From contig NZ_JBEUKS010000001.1 of NCBI RefSeq assembly GCF_042510965.1, forward strand, positions 394,554 through 418,553: a DNA stretch of 24,000 bases. The letters are read 5' to 3'. This stretch comes from Streptacidiphilus jeojiensis. Its GTDB lineage: Bacteria > Actinomycetota > Actinomycetes > Streptomycetales > Streptomycetaceae. A program made the position numbers and the translations under genes. Below, one piece after another: positions 8,371 to 16,509 of this stretch. The notes beneath the pieces are model-generated. The model was not told the DNA's origin and searched no databases. It saw nothing but the letters and a program-made list of their open reading frames with translations. Each line of letters begins with the position of its first letter. The stretch's first letter is position 1.

Positions 8371-8798
8371 TCAGTCTGGTCGCTTCTGGTTCTCGATGTA
8401 CTCCTTGATGACGGCCAGGGGTGATCCGCCGCAGGATGCCGCGAGGTAGCTGGGGGCCAGAAGTGCTCGCCCCACAGGTACGTGCGGATGTGGGCGGGAA
8501 ACTCCTGGCGCAGGCGGCGGGCGGAAACGCCCTTGAGCGAGCCGACCAGCCGGGACAGGACGGCCTTGGGCGGGTAGTGCCCGAGCAGGTGCACATAGTC
8601 CTTCTCGCCGTTGAATGCGACCAGTTCGGTCTGGAAGTCGGCGCAGACGGCACGCATGACCGCTTCGCGGCGCGGCGGGATCTCGTCGGTGAACGGTCCG
8701 CGCCGGTACGTGGGGGTGAAGACCACATGGGCATGCAGGGTATGAACAACCGTTCGACCCCTGCGGATATCGGGATTTGACTCCCACCGTGGTGACAT
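8371..8798 (-). pseudogene. tnpA: IS200/IS605 Y1 (HUH) transposase TnpA, disrupted by a 1-nt frameshift
   Basis: The N-terminal frame reads MSPRWESNPDIRRGRTVVHTLHAHVVFTPTYRRGPF...YLWGEHFW (HUH motif = HAH). The conserved C-terminus PSYLAASCGGSPLAVIKEYIENQKRPD*, which holds the catalytic Tyr helix, continues in a different frame and ends at 8371. The switch is at the C5 run, plus-strand 8452-8458. Confidence 0.8.
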
Positions 8799-8817
8799 CG
8801 ATTGCTACGGTCGCGTT

Positions 8818-9978
8818 GTGAAGCTCGTGGTGCGGGTGAAACTGCTGCCGCAGGCCGACCAGGCCGCCGCACTGCACGCCACCCTGCGCGCGGTCAACGA
8901 GGCGGCCTGCTGGGTCTCCGGCGTGGCGTTCGAGCGCGGGGTCCCGCGTGAGTACGAGCTGCGCAAGCACACCTACGCCGAGCTGAAGGCGCGCGGGCTG
9001 GGAGCACAGGCCGCACAGCACACCATCAAGAAGGTCCGCGACGCCTACACCGCCTTGCAGGCGAACATCCGCGCAGGGAACCTCGGCAGACCGGGGTCCA
9101 AACGCCGGGTCACGGCGCAGTCCAAGCCGATCACGTTCCGTCCCCAGGCAGCGCAACCCTACGACGACCGGTGTCTGTCCTGGCAGTACGACGCGGGGAC
9201 GGTATCGATCTGGAGCACCGCCGGACGACTGCGCAACGTGCGCTTCACCGGTTCCCAGGGTGCACTCAAACGGCTGCGCGAGCATCGCAAGGGCGAGTCG
9301 GACCTGGTGGAGCGAGACGGTGCCTTCTACCTGATCGCCACCTGCGAGGTGCCCGAGACCCCCGTCAATGAGAACCCTGTCGGGTTCGTCGGGGTGGACC
9401 TGGGCATCGTGAACATCGCCACCACCAGCACCGGCTACCGGGCCGCCGGACGAGGCCTGAACCGGCACCGCAAACGGCAAATCGACCTGCGCAAGAAGCT
9501 CCAGGCCAAGGGAACCAAGTCCACCAAGCGCCTGCTCAAGAAGCGGTCCCGCAAAGAACAGCGGCACGCTGCCAACGTCAACCACGTCATCGCCAAGACC
9601 ATCGTCGCCACCGCTGAACGCACCGGCCACGGCATCGCCCTCGAAGATCTGACGGGCGTCCGCGACCGGGTACGGCTCCGAAAGGGACAGCGGACCCAAC
9701 TCCACTCGTGGGGCTTCCACCAACTCGGCCAGTACCTCGCCTACAAGGCCAAACGCGCCGGCGTCCCGCTGGTTCACGTCGATCCGGCGTACACCAGCCA
9801 GGAATGCTCCCAGTGCCACCACGTCGACCCGAAGAACCGCGTCGACCAGGCAACGTTCGTCTGCAGGTCCTGCGGGACCATGGTGCACGCGGACACCAAC
9901 GCGTCCCACAACATCGCCCGCAAGGGCGAGACCGTGTGGACAGCGGGGCGTGAGTCACGCGTCCCAGCACCTGTATAG
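8818..9978 (+). CDS. tnpB: TnpB (IS605 OrfB family) RNA-guided RuvC-like endonuclease; appears intact
   Basis: 386 aa. RuvC triad contexts are present: GVDLGIVNIA (D), IALEDLTG (E), HADTNASHNIA (D). Zinc ribbon CSQCHH...CRSCG is present. The N-terminus VKLLPQADQAAALHATLRAVNEA is typical of actinobacterial TnpB. Confidence 0.92.
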   Translation: MKLVVRVKLLPQADQAAALHATLRAVNEAACWVSGVAFERGVPREYELRKHTYAELKARGLGAQAAQHTIKKVRDAYTALQANIRAGNLGRPGSKRRVTAQSKPITFRPQAAQPYDDRCLSWQYDAGTVSIWSTAGRLRNVRFTGSQGALKRLREHRKGESDLVERDGAFYLIATCEVPETPVNENPVGFVGVDLGIVNIATTSTGYRAAGRGLNRHRKRQIDLRKKLQAKGTKSTKRLLKKRSRKEQRHAANVNHVIAKTIVATAERTGHGIALEDLTGVRDRVRLRKGQRTQLHSWGFHQLGQYLAYKAKRAGVPLVHVDPAYTSQECSQCHHVDPKNRVDQATFVCRSCGTMVHADTNASHNIARKGETVWTAGRESRVPAPV

Positions 9979-10055
9979 GTGCTCAGACGGAGGAGGCCAC
10001 GCGACAGCCAGCCGCGCCCTACCTCCAAGCCCGACCCTTCACCGGCCGGGTCAAG

Positions 10056-10241
10056 TTGACCCACTGGGGGAACGGCTCCGGCTCGGGCCAGAACATCTTC
10101 AAGAACGCCGCCTCCATCGTGAACAACACCGACCACTTCGTGGAAGTCATGGACGTCAACCTGCACTGGTACAACTACGCCCCGCAGTACGCGGGCAGCC
10201 TCAACGCCACGGCCAACACCGACTCGTGGCTGCAATCCTGA
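10056..10241 (+). CDS. Orphan Asn/aromatic-rich coding segment; either a 61-aa TTG-initiated small protein or a 5'-truncated remnant of a gene interrupted at the IS right end
   Basis: Almost all third codon positions are G/C, so it is genuine coding sequence. The frame is open back to 9954 but has no ATG or GTG. A strong hairpin follows at 10265-10295. No family recognised. Confidence 0.4.
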   Translation: MTHWGNGSGSGQNIFKNAASIVNNTDHFVEVMDVNLHWYNYAPQYAGSLNATANTDSWLQS

Positions 10242-10264
10242 CGCTCTCCGCCGGGACGAGCCCG

Positions 10265-10295
10265 GGCCCCCTGCACCAGTTCGGTGCAGGGGGCC
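10265..10295. terminator. Terminator-like hairpin in the convergent gap
   Basis: Perfect 13-bp stem: GGCCCCCTGCACC (10265-10277) pairs with GGTGCAGGGGGCC (10283-10295), loop AGTTC. Confidence 0.65.
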
Positions 10296-10402
10296 TTCGC
10301 AATGCCGTGTACGTCGCAGGTGCGCAGTGAGTCGACGCGCACCTCTTCGGAAGCCGCCGTGGGTGCGCTGCTGCCGGACCGTAATCCAACGCGAGCAGCA
10401 GG

Positions 10403-11317
10403 TCAGCGGGGGACGCCGCCCAGGGTGCGGCGCCAACGGGCCTCGGCGAAGGAGTACAGGCCGAACGCGATGAGGCCCAACGCCACCAGGACCAGCACCA
10501 GCGGGCCGAAGGAGGTCTGGGCGAAGGAGCGCAGCGTGGCGTCCAGGCCCTTGGACCTGCCCGGGGTGTCGGACAGTGCGGCCTGCAGGGCGAAGACGCC
10601 GAACGCGCCCACGATCACGCCACGGGCGATGTGCCCGGCCTGCCCGAGGCGCAGCACGAGGTCGCGGGTGCGGTAGGTCATCCAGCCGGTGCGCAGCCGT
10701 TCGGCGAAGCGCTTGCCGATGGCCCGGACCACGATGGCGATGCCGACGGCGATGACGGCCAGGGACAGGACGATCATCAGGACGCGTCCGCCGTCGGTGT
10801 GCAGCAGGCGGGCGCTGACGTCGTGGGCGCTGTCGTCGGAGGTGGTGGGGGTGCGACCGTGGGCGAGGAACTGGTAGGTGCTCCAGGCCGCGATCGCGTA
10901 GACCACGGCGCGGACCGCGTCCAGGAGTCGGTGGCCGCCGCTCTCGGCGGAGTCGACGGCCCGCACCGCGCGCCACAGTGTCAGGCCGACGAAGCCGATG
11001 ACCAGGAGCCACAGCAGCAGTTCACCGAAGGGCTCGTCGGCGATCGCAGTCAGGGCGCCGGCGCGGTCCAGGTCGTGGCGCCCGAAGCCGAGTGCGACCA
11101 GAACTGCCAGGATGCCGATCACGATGTAGACCACGCCCCGGGCCACGAAGCCGGCTCGGGCCAGGCCGTCGATCGCCCCCGCCCCGGCCACCCTCCGTGC
11201 GCCCCCACGGCGACGGGTGCCGGATCGGCGCTCACGGTAGGTGCGGCTGCGGCCGTAGCGCGAACTGCTGGTACGGCGGCTGGGGGAATGTCGTCTGCCG
11301 GAAAGTGTCCAGTCCAT
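10403..11317 (-). CDS. DUF1206 domain-containing membrane protein, paralog 1
   Basis: The module ARxGFVARGVVYxxIG plus paired TM helices occurs three times. The N-terminal ~45 aa are Arg/Ser-rich. AGGAGG RBS upstream of the ATG at 11317. Confidence 0.8.
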   Translation of the reverse strand: MDWTLSGRRHSPSRRTSSSRYGRSRTYRERRSGTRRRGGARRVAGAGAIDGLARAGFVARGVVYIVIGILAVLVALGFGRHDLDRAGALTAIADEPFGELLLWLLVIGFVGLTLWRAVRAVDSAESGGHRLLDAVRAVVYAIAAWSTYQFLAHGRTPTTSDDSAHDVSARLLHTDGGRVLMIVLSLAVIAVGIAIVVRAIGKRFAERLRTGWMTYRTRDLVLRLGQAGHIARGVIVGAFGVFALQAALSDTPGRSKGLDATLRSFAQTSFGPLVLVLVALGLIAFGLYSFAEARWRRTLGGVPR

Positions 11318-11450
11318 GTGTGCCTCCTGTCACTCCGGCTGCCCCGTCCCGCTGGCTGAAAACCGCCCCAGGGACAACTCTTGACGCTTCGTCGCCAAGC
11401 AGCGTCGGGCTGTCTCCTGCGGACCCGACGGGGCTTGGAGGAGGCATGGG

Positions 11451-12302
11451 TCAGAGCTTGCGCCAGCGGGCGGAAGCGAAGGAGAAGGCGCCGAAGAGTA
11501 CGAGTCCCAGCGCGACCAGGACGAGGAGCCAGGGACCGGCCGGGGTGTGGGCGAAGCTGCGCAGGGTGGCGTCCATGCCCTTGGCCTGTTTCGGATCGAA
11601 GCGGACGGCTGCGACCACGATGAACACGCCGGCGCCGGCGAAGACGGTGCCGCGCGCGGTGCTGCCGCCGATGCCCAGCGCGGTGACGACCTTGCGGACG
11701 CGCACGCTCATGGCGGCTGTGTTCAGCTTCTTGAGGAAGGTGCGTCGGATCGCGCTGACCGCGATGCCCACGCCGACACCGAACAGCACCACGCCGACGA
11801 TCGCCACCAGCACCTGGCCGCCAGGGAGTTTGAGCGCGGACGCGGTCCAGTCCTGCGACTTGGCGTTGCTGCCCGTCTGGCCCCCGCTCCCCGCGGCGTA
11901 GGCGGCTGTTCCCCAGCACACCGAGGCGTAGAACACGGCGCGCCCGGCGCTGAGGATGCGGCTGCCGGTCTTCTTCCGACCCGCCTCACCGTACGCCGCC
12001 AGTGACGCACGCCACAGCGCCATGCAGGCGAAGCCGACCACCAGGATCCAGAGCATCGCCAGGCCGAAGGGCTGCGCGGCCACCTGGTGCAACGCGCCCT
12101 GGCGGTCGGCTTCACCGCCGCCCTTGCCGAGCGCGATCTCCAAGGCGAGTACACCGATCAGGACATAGACCACCCCGCGTGCCACGAAGCCGGCCCGGCC
12201 CGCGGTCCGCAGGGCGCCCTTCTCGCTGGGCCGAGGAATCGACGGAGCATCAGAACGGTGTCCTGGACCGGTGCTCCTGTTGTGCGCATGCGATGACGCC
12301 AC
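11451..12302 (-). CDS. DUF1206 domain-containing membrane protein, paralog 2
   Basis: Same triple-repeat architecture (GRAGFVARGVVYVLIG...). The ORF extends to 12485, but an in-frame GTG at 12302 is preceded by AGGAGG at a 6-nt spacing. Confidence 0.75.
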   Translation of the reverse strand: MASSHAHNRSTGPGHRSDAPSIPRPSEKGALRTAGRAGFVARGVVYVLIGVLALEIALGKGGGEADRQGALHQVAAQPFGLAMLWILVVGFACMALWRASLAAYGEAGRKKTGSRILSAGRAVFYASVCWGTAAYAAGSGGQTGSNAKSQDWTASALKLPGGQVLVAIVGVVLFGVGVGIAVSAIRRTFLKKLNTAAMSVRVRKVVTALGIGGSTARGTVFAGAGVFIVVAAVRFDPKQAKGMDATLRSFAHTPAGPWLLVLVALGLVLFGAFSFASARWRKL

Positions 12303-12424
12303 GATGAACCTCCTGATAGTGCGGGCATGCTCGCACCGCTGCACACGCGTCTGCCCGGACGACGGACATGCACGCACTGCGTCACCGACCGTGTGTTCGC
12401 ACCCGTTCGGGGTAACCGGCGTCC

Positions 12425-13921
12425 ATGGGACGACTGCAGAACCTCGACGTGCACCTGTTCGATCGCGTGGCCGCCGCGCATCCACGCGGCCTGGACCCGG
12501 TCCTGCCGAGGCTGGGGCGCAGCGCCAACCACGGAGTGCTGTGGCTGACCGGAGCGGCCGCGCTCGGGCTCTCGCGCAACCGCACTGCCCGTCGCGCCGC
12601 TATGCGGGGCGTCGGCTCCCTCGCTCTGGCGTCCACCGCGGCGAACGTGGTCGCCAAGAAACTCGCCGGCCGCCGACGCCCCGTCACCACCGGCGTGCCG
12701 ATGGCCCGCCGCCTGCTGCGCCCCCCGATCACCACGTCGTTCCCGTCCGGACACGCGGCCTCCGCGGCCGCGTTCGCGACCGCCGTGACTCTGGAATCAC
12801 CCTGGCTGGGCGCAGCCGTCGTTCCACTGGCCGCAGCGGTGGCGGGCTCGCGCGTCTACACCGGGGCGCACTACCCCGGCGACGTGCTGGCCGGAGTGAC
12901 GTTGGGCGTCGGCATGGCGGCGCTCACGCTGCGGTGGTGGCCGCTGCGCGACGACGCCCCCGCGCAGGCGGCCCGGGCCCGGGTCGAGCTGCCGGCCCTG
13001 CCGGACGGTCGCGGCCTGGTGCTGGTGGTCAACAGCTCCTCGGGCAGTGCGGGCAGTGTGGAGGCGGAACTGCGTGCACAGATGCCGGACGCGGACCTGC
13101 GCGTGCGCGAGGGCGACCAGGATCTGATCGCCCTGCTCGACCAAGCCGTCGCCGATGTCGAGGCCGCCGACGGGGACAGCGCCCTGGGGATCGCCGGAGG
13201 GGACGGCTCGGTCAATGCCGCAGCCCTCCTGGCCGCCGAGCACCGGCTGCCGCTGGCGGTCTTCCCCGCCGGCACCCTCAACCACTTCGCCGCCGAACTG
13301 GGCATCTTCACCCTGCAGGACACCGTCGCCGCCCTCCAGGAAGGACACGGCGGATCAGTGGACCTGGGACGGGTGACGTCCAAAGGCACCACCCGCATCG
13401 AGGCGGAGGACGAGCCGCCGACGGCCTATTTCCTGAACACATTCAGCATCGGGGTCTACCCCGAGCTCGTGCACGCCCGCGAGTCCCTGCAGAAGTACCT
13501 CGGCAAGTGGCCAGCCCTCGGGGTGGGACTGGTCCGGGTGCTGGCCCAGGGTCAGCCCACCCGCGCCGTCATCGACGGCACGGAGCGCCGCCTGTGGCTG
13601 CTGTTCGCCGGCAACGGACGCTACGACCCGCCCGGCTTCGCCCCCAGCTTCCGTCGCAGCCTGAACGACGGCACCCTCGACGTGCGCGCCGTCGACGGCA
13701 GCCACCCCTTCGCCCGCAGCCGCCTGGTCGCCGCCTTCCTCACCGGCACCCTGGCCCGCTCCCGCGTCTACCAGGCCGCTCACCTCTCCCAGCTGCGCAT
13801 CGACGGCATCGAGGAGACCGAGCACTACGCCCGCGACGGCGAGATAAGCCCCGCCGCCGACACCCTCGTCCTCGACAAGGCACCCCACGCCCTCACCGTG
13901 TACCTACCGCACCAGGACTGA
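12425..13921 (+). CDS. Bifunctional PAP2-family phosphatase / diacylglycerol-kinase-like (DAGK_cat) lipid kinase fusion
   Basis: PAP2 motifs are present: KKLAGRRRP (Kx6RP), FPSGHA (PSGH), SRVYTGAHYPGD (SRx5Hx3D). The DAGK catalytic-domain signature follows: LVLVVNSSSGS...GIAGGDGSVNAA...FPAGTLNHFA. Confidence 0.88.
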   Translation: MGRLQNLDVHLFDRVAAAHPRGLDPVLPRLGRSANHGVLWLTGAAALGLSRNRTARRAAMRGVGSLALASTAANVVAKKLAGRRRPVTTGVPMARRLLRPPITTSFPSGHAASAAAFATAVTLESPWLGAAVVPLAAAVAGSRVYTGAHYPGDVLAGVTLGVGMAALTLRWWPLRDDAPAQAARARVELPALPDGRGLVLVVNSSSGSAGSVEAELRAQMPDADLRVREGDQDLIALLDQAVADVEAADGDSALGIAGGDGSVNAAALLAAEHRLPLAVFPAGTLNHFAAELGIFTLQDTVAALQEGHGGSVDLGRVTSKGTTRIEAEDEPPTAYFLNTFSIGVYPELVHARESLQKYLGKWPALGVGLVRVLAQGQPTRAVIDGTERRLWLLFAGNGRYDPPGFAPSFRRSLNDGTLDVRAVDGSHPFARSRLVAAFLTGTLARSRVYQAAHLSQLRIDGIEETEHYARDGEISPAADTLVLDKAPHALTVYLPHQD

Positions 13922-14073
13922 CGCCCCGCAACTCGTGACCGGGCCGGACGCTCCCGCCCGACTGCACGGCCTGGTGTGGGGAACACACGGCCCAGTGCGG
14001 GGAACATTCGTCCAATCCACCGGCGGGTACCGGCGGCGACAGTTGGGCACTGTCCCCTGCTCGAAGGAGTGCC

Positions 14074-15276
14074 ATGCGGGTTCTCGTCTCCGGCGCCAGC
14101 ATCGCCGGTCCGGTGCTGGCGTACTGGCTCACCCGGCACGGCTTCTGCGCCACCGTCGTCGAGCGCGCACCGACGCTGCGCAGGACCGGTGGCCACGCGG
14201 TCGATCTGTTCCGGCCCGCGATGGACATCTCGGAGAGGATGGGTGTGCTCCCGAGCGTCGAGGAGCGGGCCACCGGCACCAACCGGATGACTGTCCACCA
14301 GGAGAGGGCGCGGCGTCCCGTCCGGGTGGACCTCTCCAAGATCTTCAGTGCCACCTCCGACCGGCACGTCGAGATCATGCGTGACGACCTGAGCGAGATC
14401 TACTACGACGCCACGCGCGACGACGTCGAGTACATCTTCGACGACTCGATCACCGCGATCTCACCCGAAGGCGAGGTGCGGTTCGAGAACGCCGCGCCGC
14501 GCCGCTTCGACCTCGTCGTCGGCGCTGACGGGCTGCACTCCAACGTGCGCCGACTCGTCTTCGGCGACGAGTCCCGCTTCAGCGCCTTCATCGGTGCCTA
14601 CCTCGGGGTGCTGACCCTGCCGAACGTATCGGGGCTCGACCGCGAGCTCCTCATCCACGTCGGCGTCGGCCGCACGGCCGGCATGTACGGCGCGCGGCAC
14701 CTCGGCGACGCGCGGGCGTTGTTCCTGTTCCGGAGCGAGCACGAGCTCGACTGCCACCACCACGACGTGCCCCGGCAGAAGGAGCTGCTGCGCGGTGCGT
14801 TCGCCGGCATGCACCCCGATGTGGACCGCTGGCTGGACGAGCTCGACCGCACCCCGGCGTTCTACTTCGACTCGATCACCCAGCTCCGCATGGACACCTG
14901 GTCGCGGGGGCGGGTGACGCTCGTCGGCGACGCGGGCTACTGCCCCGGTCCGGCCGTCGGCGGCAGCACGACCCTGGCCGTCGTCGGCGCGTACGTCCTC
15001 GCCGGGGAGTTGGCGCGGGCCGGCGGTGACCACGAGCGCGCCTTCCCCGCCTACCAGCGCGCCATGGCGCAGCACGTGCCGGGCAGCCGCGCGGCCGCGC
15101 TCAGCGCGGCGAAGACCCTCATCCCCACCTCACCCCTCGGCGTGCGTGGGCTGGCCCAGGGCGCCCGCCTGATCTCCGCCCTGCCCGCCGGGCCCAGCCG
15201 CGCTCTCCTCCGCCTCACCACCAAGACCGCCCGCCTCTACAACTCGATGGACGTCGACGACTACCCCGTCGGCTGA
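14074..15276 (+). CDS. FAD-dependent monooxygenase (group A flavoprotein aromatic hydroxylase-like)
   Basis: N-terminal dinucleotide-binding fold MRVLVSGASIAGPVLAYWL, GADGLHSNVRRLVFG (DG motif), and VTLVGDAGYCPGPAVGGSTTLAVVGAYVLAGEL (GD motif). AAGGAG RBS. Confidence 0.88.
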   Translation: MRVLVSGASIAGPVLAYWLTRHGFCATVVERAPTLRRTGGHAVDLFRPAMDISERMGVLPSVEERATGTNRMTVHQERARRPVRVDLSKIFSATSDRHVEIMRDDLSEIYYDATRDDVEYIFDDSITAISPEGEVRFENAAPRRFDLVVGADGLHSNVRRLVFGDESRFSAFIGAYLGVLTLPNVSGLDRELLIHVGVGRTAGMYGARHLGDARALFLFRSEHELDCHHHDVPRQKELLRGAFAGMHPDVDRWLDELDRTPAFYFDSITQLRMDTWSRGRVTLVGDAGYCPGPAVGGSTTLAVVGAYVLAGELARAGGDHERAFPAYQRAMAQHVPGSRAAALSAAKTLIPTSPLGVRGLAQGARLISALPAGPSRALLRLTTKTARLYNSMDVDDYPVG

Positions 15277-15622
15277 GCAATGGCGGCCGTGGGTGGCTCA
15301 GAGCTGACGCTGGGGCAGTCGGCCTGACGGTCCGCGGATGCAGGGAAAAATTCGGTGGCGCGGCCCGGGCGGCCGACGTTACCGTCACGCCGTCACTTCA
15401 GGACCGCCGACCGGCGCTTCCGCACGCTCCGTCGAGGACGGCCCCTTTGTACAACAGCTGAGACGCTCACCGCGCCGAGAAGGCACGCCGCGCCCTGACG
15501 GGCCCCGGGCCGTGCAGCGCTGTTGCGCTGACGGTCTGCTTCAGCGTGCCCTCGGCAGGTCATCGTCCGGCTGCCCATCACGTGGCACCCGCTGATCGAT
15601 CCGGCGCCACGGCCGTCTGTCC

Positions 15623-16252
15623 GTGCCGCGCCCATCTCGCAACGAGGATCTCGAAGCAGATCGGCCTTCCCAGGTGCACGACATCACCTCTCCCCTGCGC
15701 GCCACCAGCCAGTGGCTCGTACGTCCGACGACCTTTCCGACCATCCGGCGCCGATGCCGGACCTGCCCCTCGACGGCCTACCGAACCCAAGGACGGTTCC
15801 GCGTCAACGCACACCACAAGCTCCTCGACATCTGGCTGCTGGCGCGATGCGTCCGGTGCGACCAGACCGTCAAACTGACGGTGCTGGAACGCGTCCACGT
15901 CCGCGCCATCGAGCCCGCGATGCTCAGCGGCTTCCGCGACGACTCCCCCGAACTCGCAGCGAAACTGCTCGCCGATCCCCAGCTGGCGCACCGCAACGAC
16001 GTCACACTCGACTGGACCGACGCCTGGACCATCACGATGCAGCCCGACGAGCTGCCGAAGGCCGACATCCTCGACGTCGGCGTCCGCTTCGCCCAGTGCA
16101 TCCCGCTCAGGACGACAGCGCTCATCGCGACGGGCCTGGCGCTGTCACGCGCCGAGGTCGCCAAGCACATCGCCGCCGGACGGATCACCTCCGACCAGAG
16201 GCTGACCGGTCGCTGCACACAGGACTTCAGCTTCCTGTTCCACCAGCCGTGA
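15623..16252 (+). CDS. DUF1062 domain-containing protein (CxxC...CxxC zinc-ribbon-like N-terminus, S4-like C-terminus); start uncertain
   Basis: RRRCRTCPST...RFRVNAHHKLLDIWLLARCVRCDQTVKL matches my memory of DUF1062. The C-terminal LRTTALIATGLALSRAEVAKHIAAGRITSDQRL resembles the S4 RNA-binding alpha-L motif. An in-frame GTG near 15675 is an alternative start. Confidence 0.65.
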   Translation: MPRPSRNEDLEADRPSQVHDITSPLRATSQWLVRPTTFPTIRRRCRTCPSTAYRTQGRFRVNAHHKLLDIWLLARCVRCDQTVKLTVLERVHVRAIEPAMLSGFRDDSPELAAKLLADPQLAHRNDVTLDWTDAWTITMQPDELPKADILDVGVRFAQCIPLRTTALIATGLALSRAEVAKHIAAGRITSDQRLTGRCTQDFSFLFHQP

Positions 16253-16268
16253 TGCCGTGACCAGTCGC

Positions 16269-16307
16269 CGTCCCGCCCCGACCCACTTGTCCGGTCGGGG
16301 CCGGACG
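16269..16307 (+). terminator. Terminator-like hairpin after the DUF1062 gene
   Basis: 15-bp stem with one mismatch: CGTCCCGCCCCGACC (16269-16283) pairs with GGTCGGGGCCGGACG (16293-16307), 9-nt loop. Confidence 0.6.
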
Positions 16308-16348
16308 GGCTCACCGGGTCAGGGGTCTCATCCAAGGAGCGAACCTCG

Positions 16349-16365
16349 TTAGGAAGCTTTCCTAA
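16349..16365. promoter_or_regulatory. CsnR-type (ROK repressor) operator-like palindrome, distal copy
   Basis: TTAGGAAGCTTTCCTAA: 7-bp perfect arms TTAGGAA/TTCCTAA. Shares the 11-nt left flank CTCGTTAGGAA with the proximal copy. Confidence 0.55.
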
Positions 16366-16509
16366 ATGTTTCATGAATCCTGGCCTTGCACCGGGGTGCT
16401 GTCAAGCGGTTGCGCCGTCTCAGCAGTCGCCTCGAACCGAACGCCGGGGCTGTCAGGTCCAGGTCTTGACATCACCGGAGAGCCGGGGTCAGGCTTCTCA
16501 ACCATCACC

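Larger units (their letters stand above)
8240..10055 (+). mobile_element. IS200/IS605-family insertion sequence with divergent tnpA and tnpB (IS605-like layout); ends approximate
   Basis: Y1 HUH transposase and TnpB genes lie 19 bp apart, head to head. GC content drops at 8250-8330 (candidate left end). An imperfect palindrome CTTCACCGGCCGGGTCAAG sits at 10037-10055 (candidate right-end hairpin). The exact termini cannot be determined from a single copy. Confidence 0.6.

Noticed and set aside
8371-9909. 512-aa minus-strand ORF
   Set aside because: It is a shadow frame antisense to tnpB. Only its last ~30 codons (PSYLAASCGGSPLAVIKEYIENQKRPD) are real, and they are the displaced C-terminus of the frameshifted TnpA.
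9774-11012. 412-aa minus-strand ORF, and 10631..11359 plus-strand ORF
   Set aside because: The translations are extreme Arg/Pro/Gly. They overlap the tnpB 3' end and the DUF1206 gene, which has a coherent repeat/TM architecture in another frame.
12271-13938. 555-aa plus-strand ORF
   Set aside because: It is an Arg/Pro/Gly-rich alternative frame of the PAP2/DAGK gene. The 12425..13921 frame carries all the catalytic motifs.
15277-15622. 345-bp gap with 80-85 aa ORFs on both strands (15338..15595 plus, 15393..15635 minus)
   Set aside because: Both translations are Arg/Gly/Ala-rich and lack codon bias or an RBS. Only short hairpins are present (e.g. CAGCGC-TGTT-GCGCTG at about 15517-15532). 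I treat it as non-coding or eroded DNA.
15778-16374. 198-aa minus-strand ORF starting next to operator box 1
   Set aside because: It is antisense to the DUF1062 gene and runs through that gene's terminator hairpin. It is Ser/Arg-rich with no domain signature.
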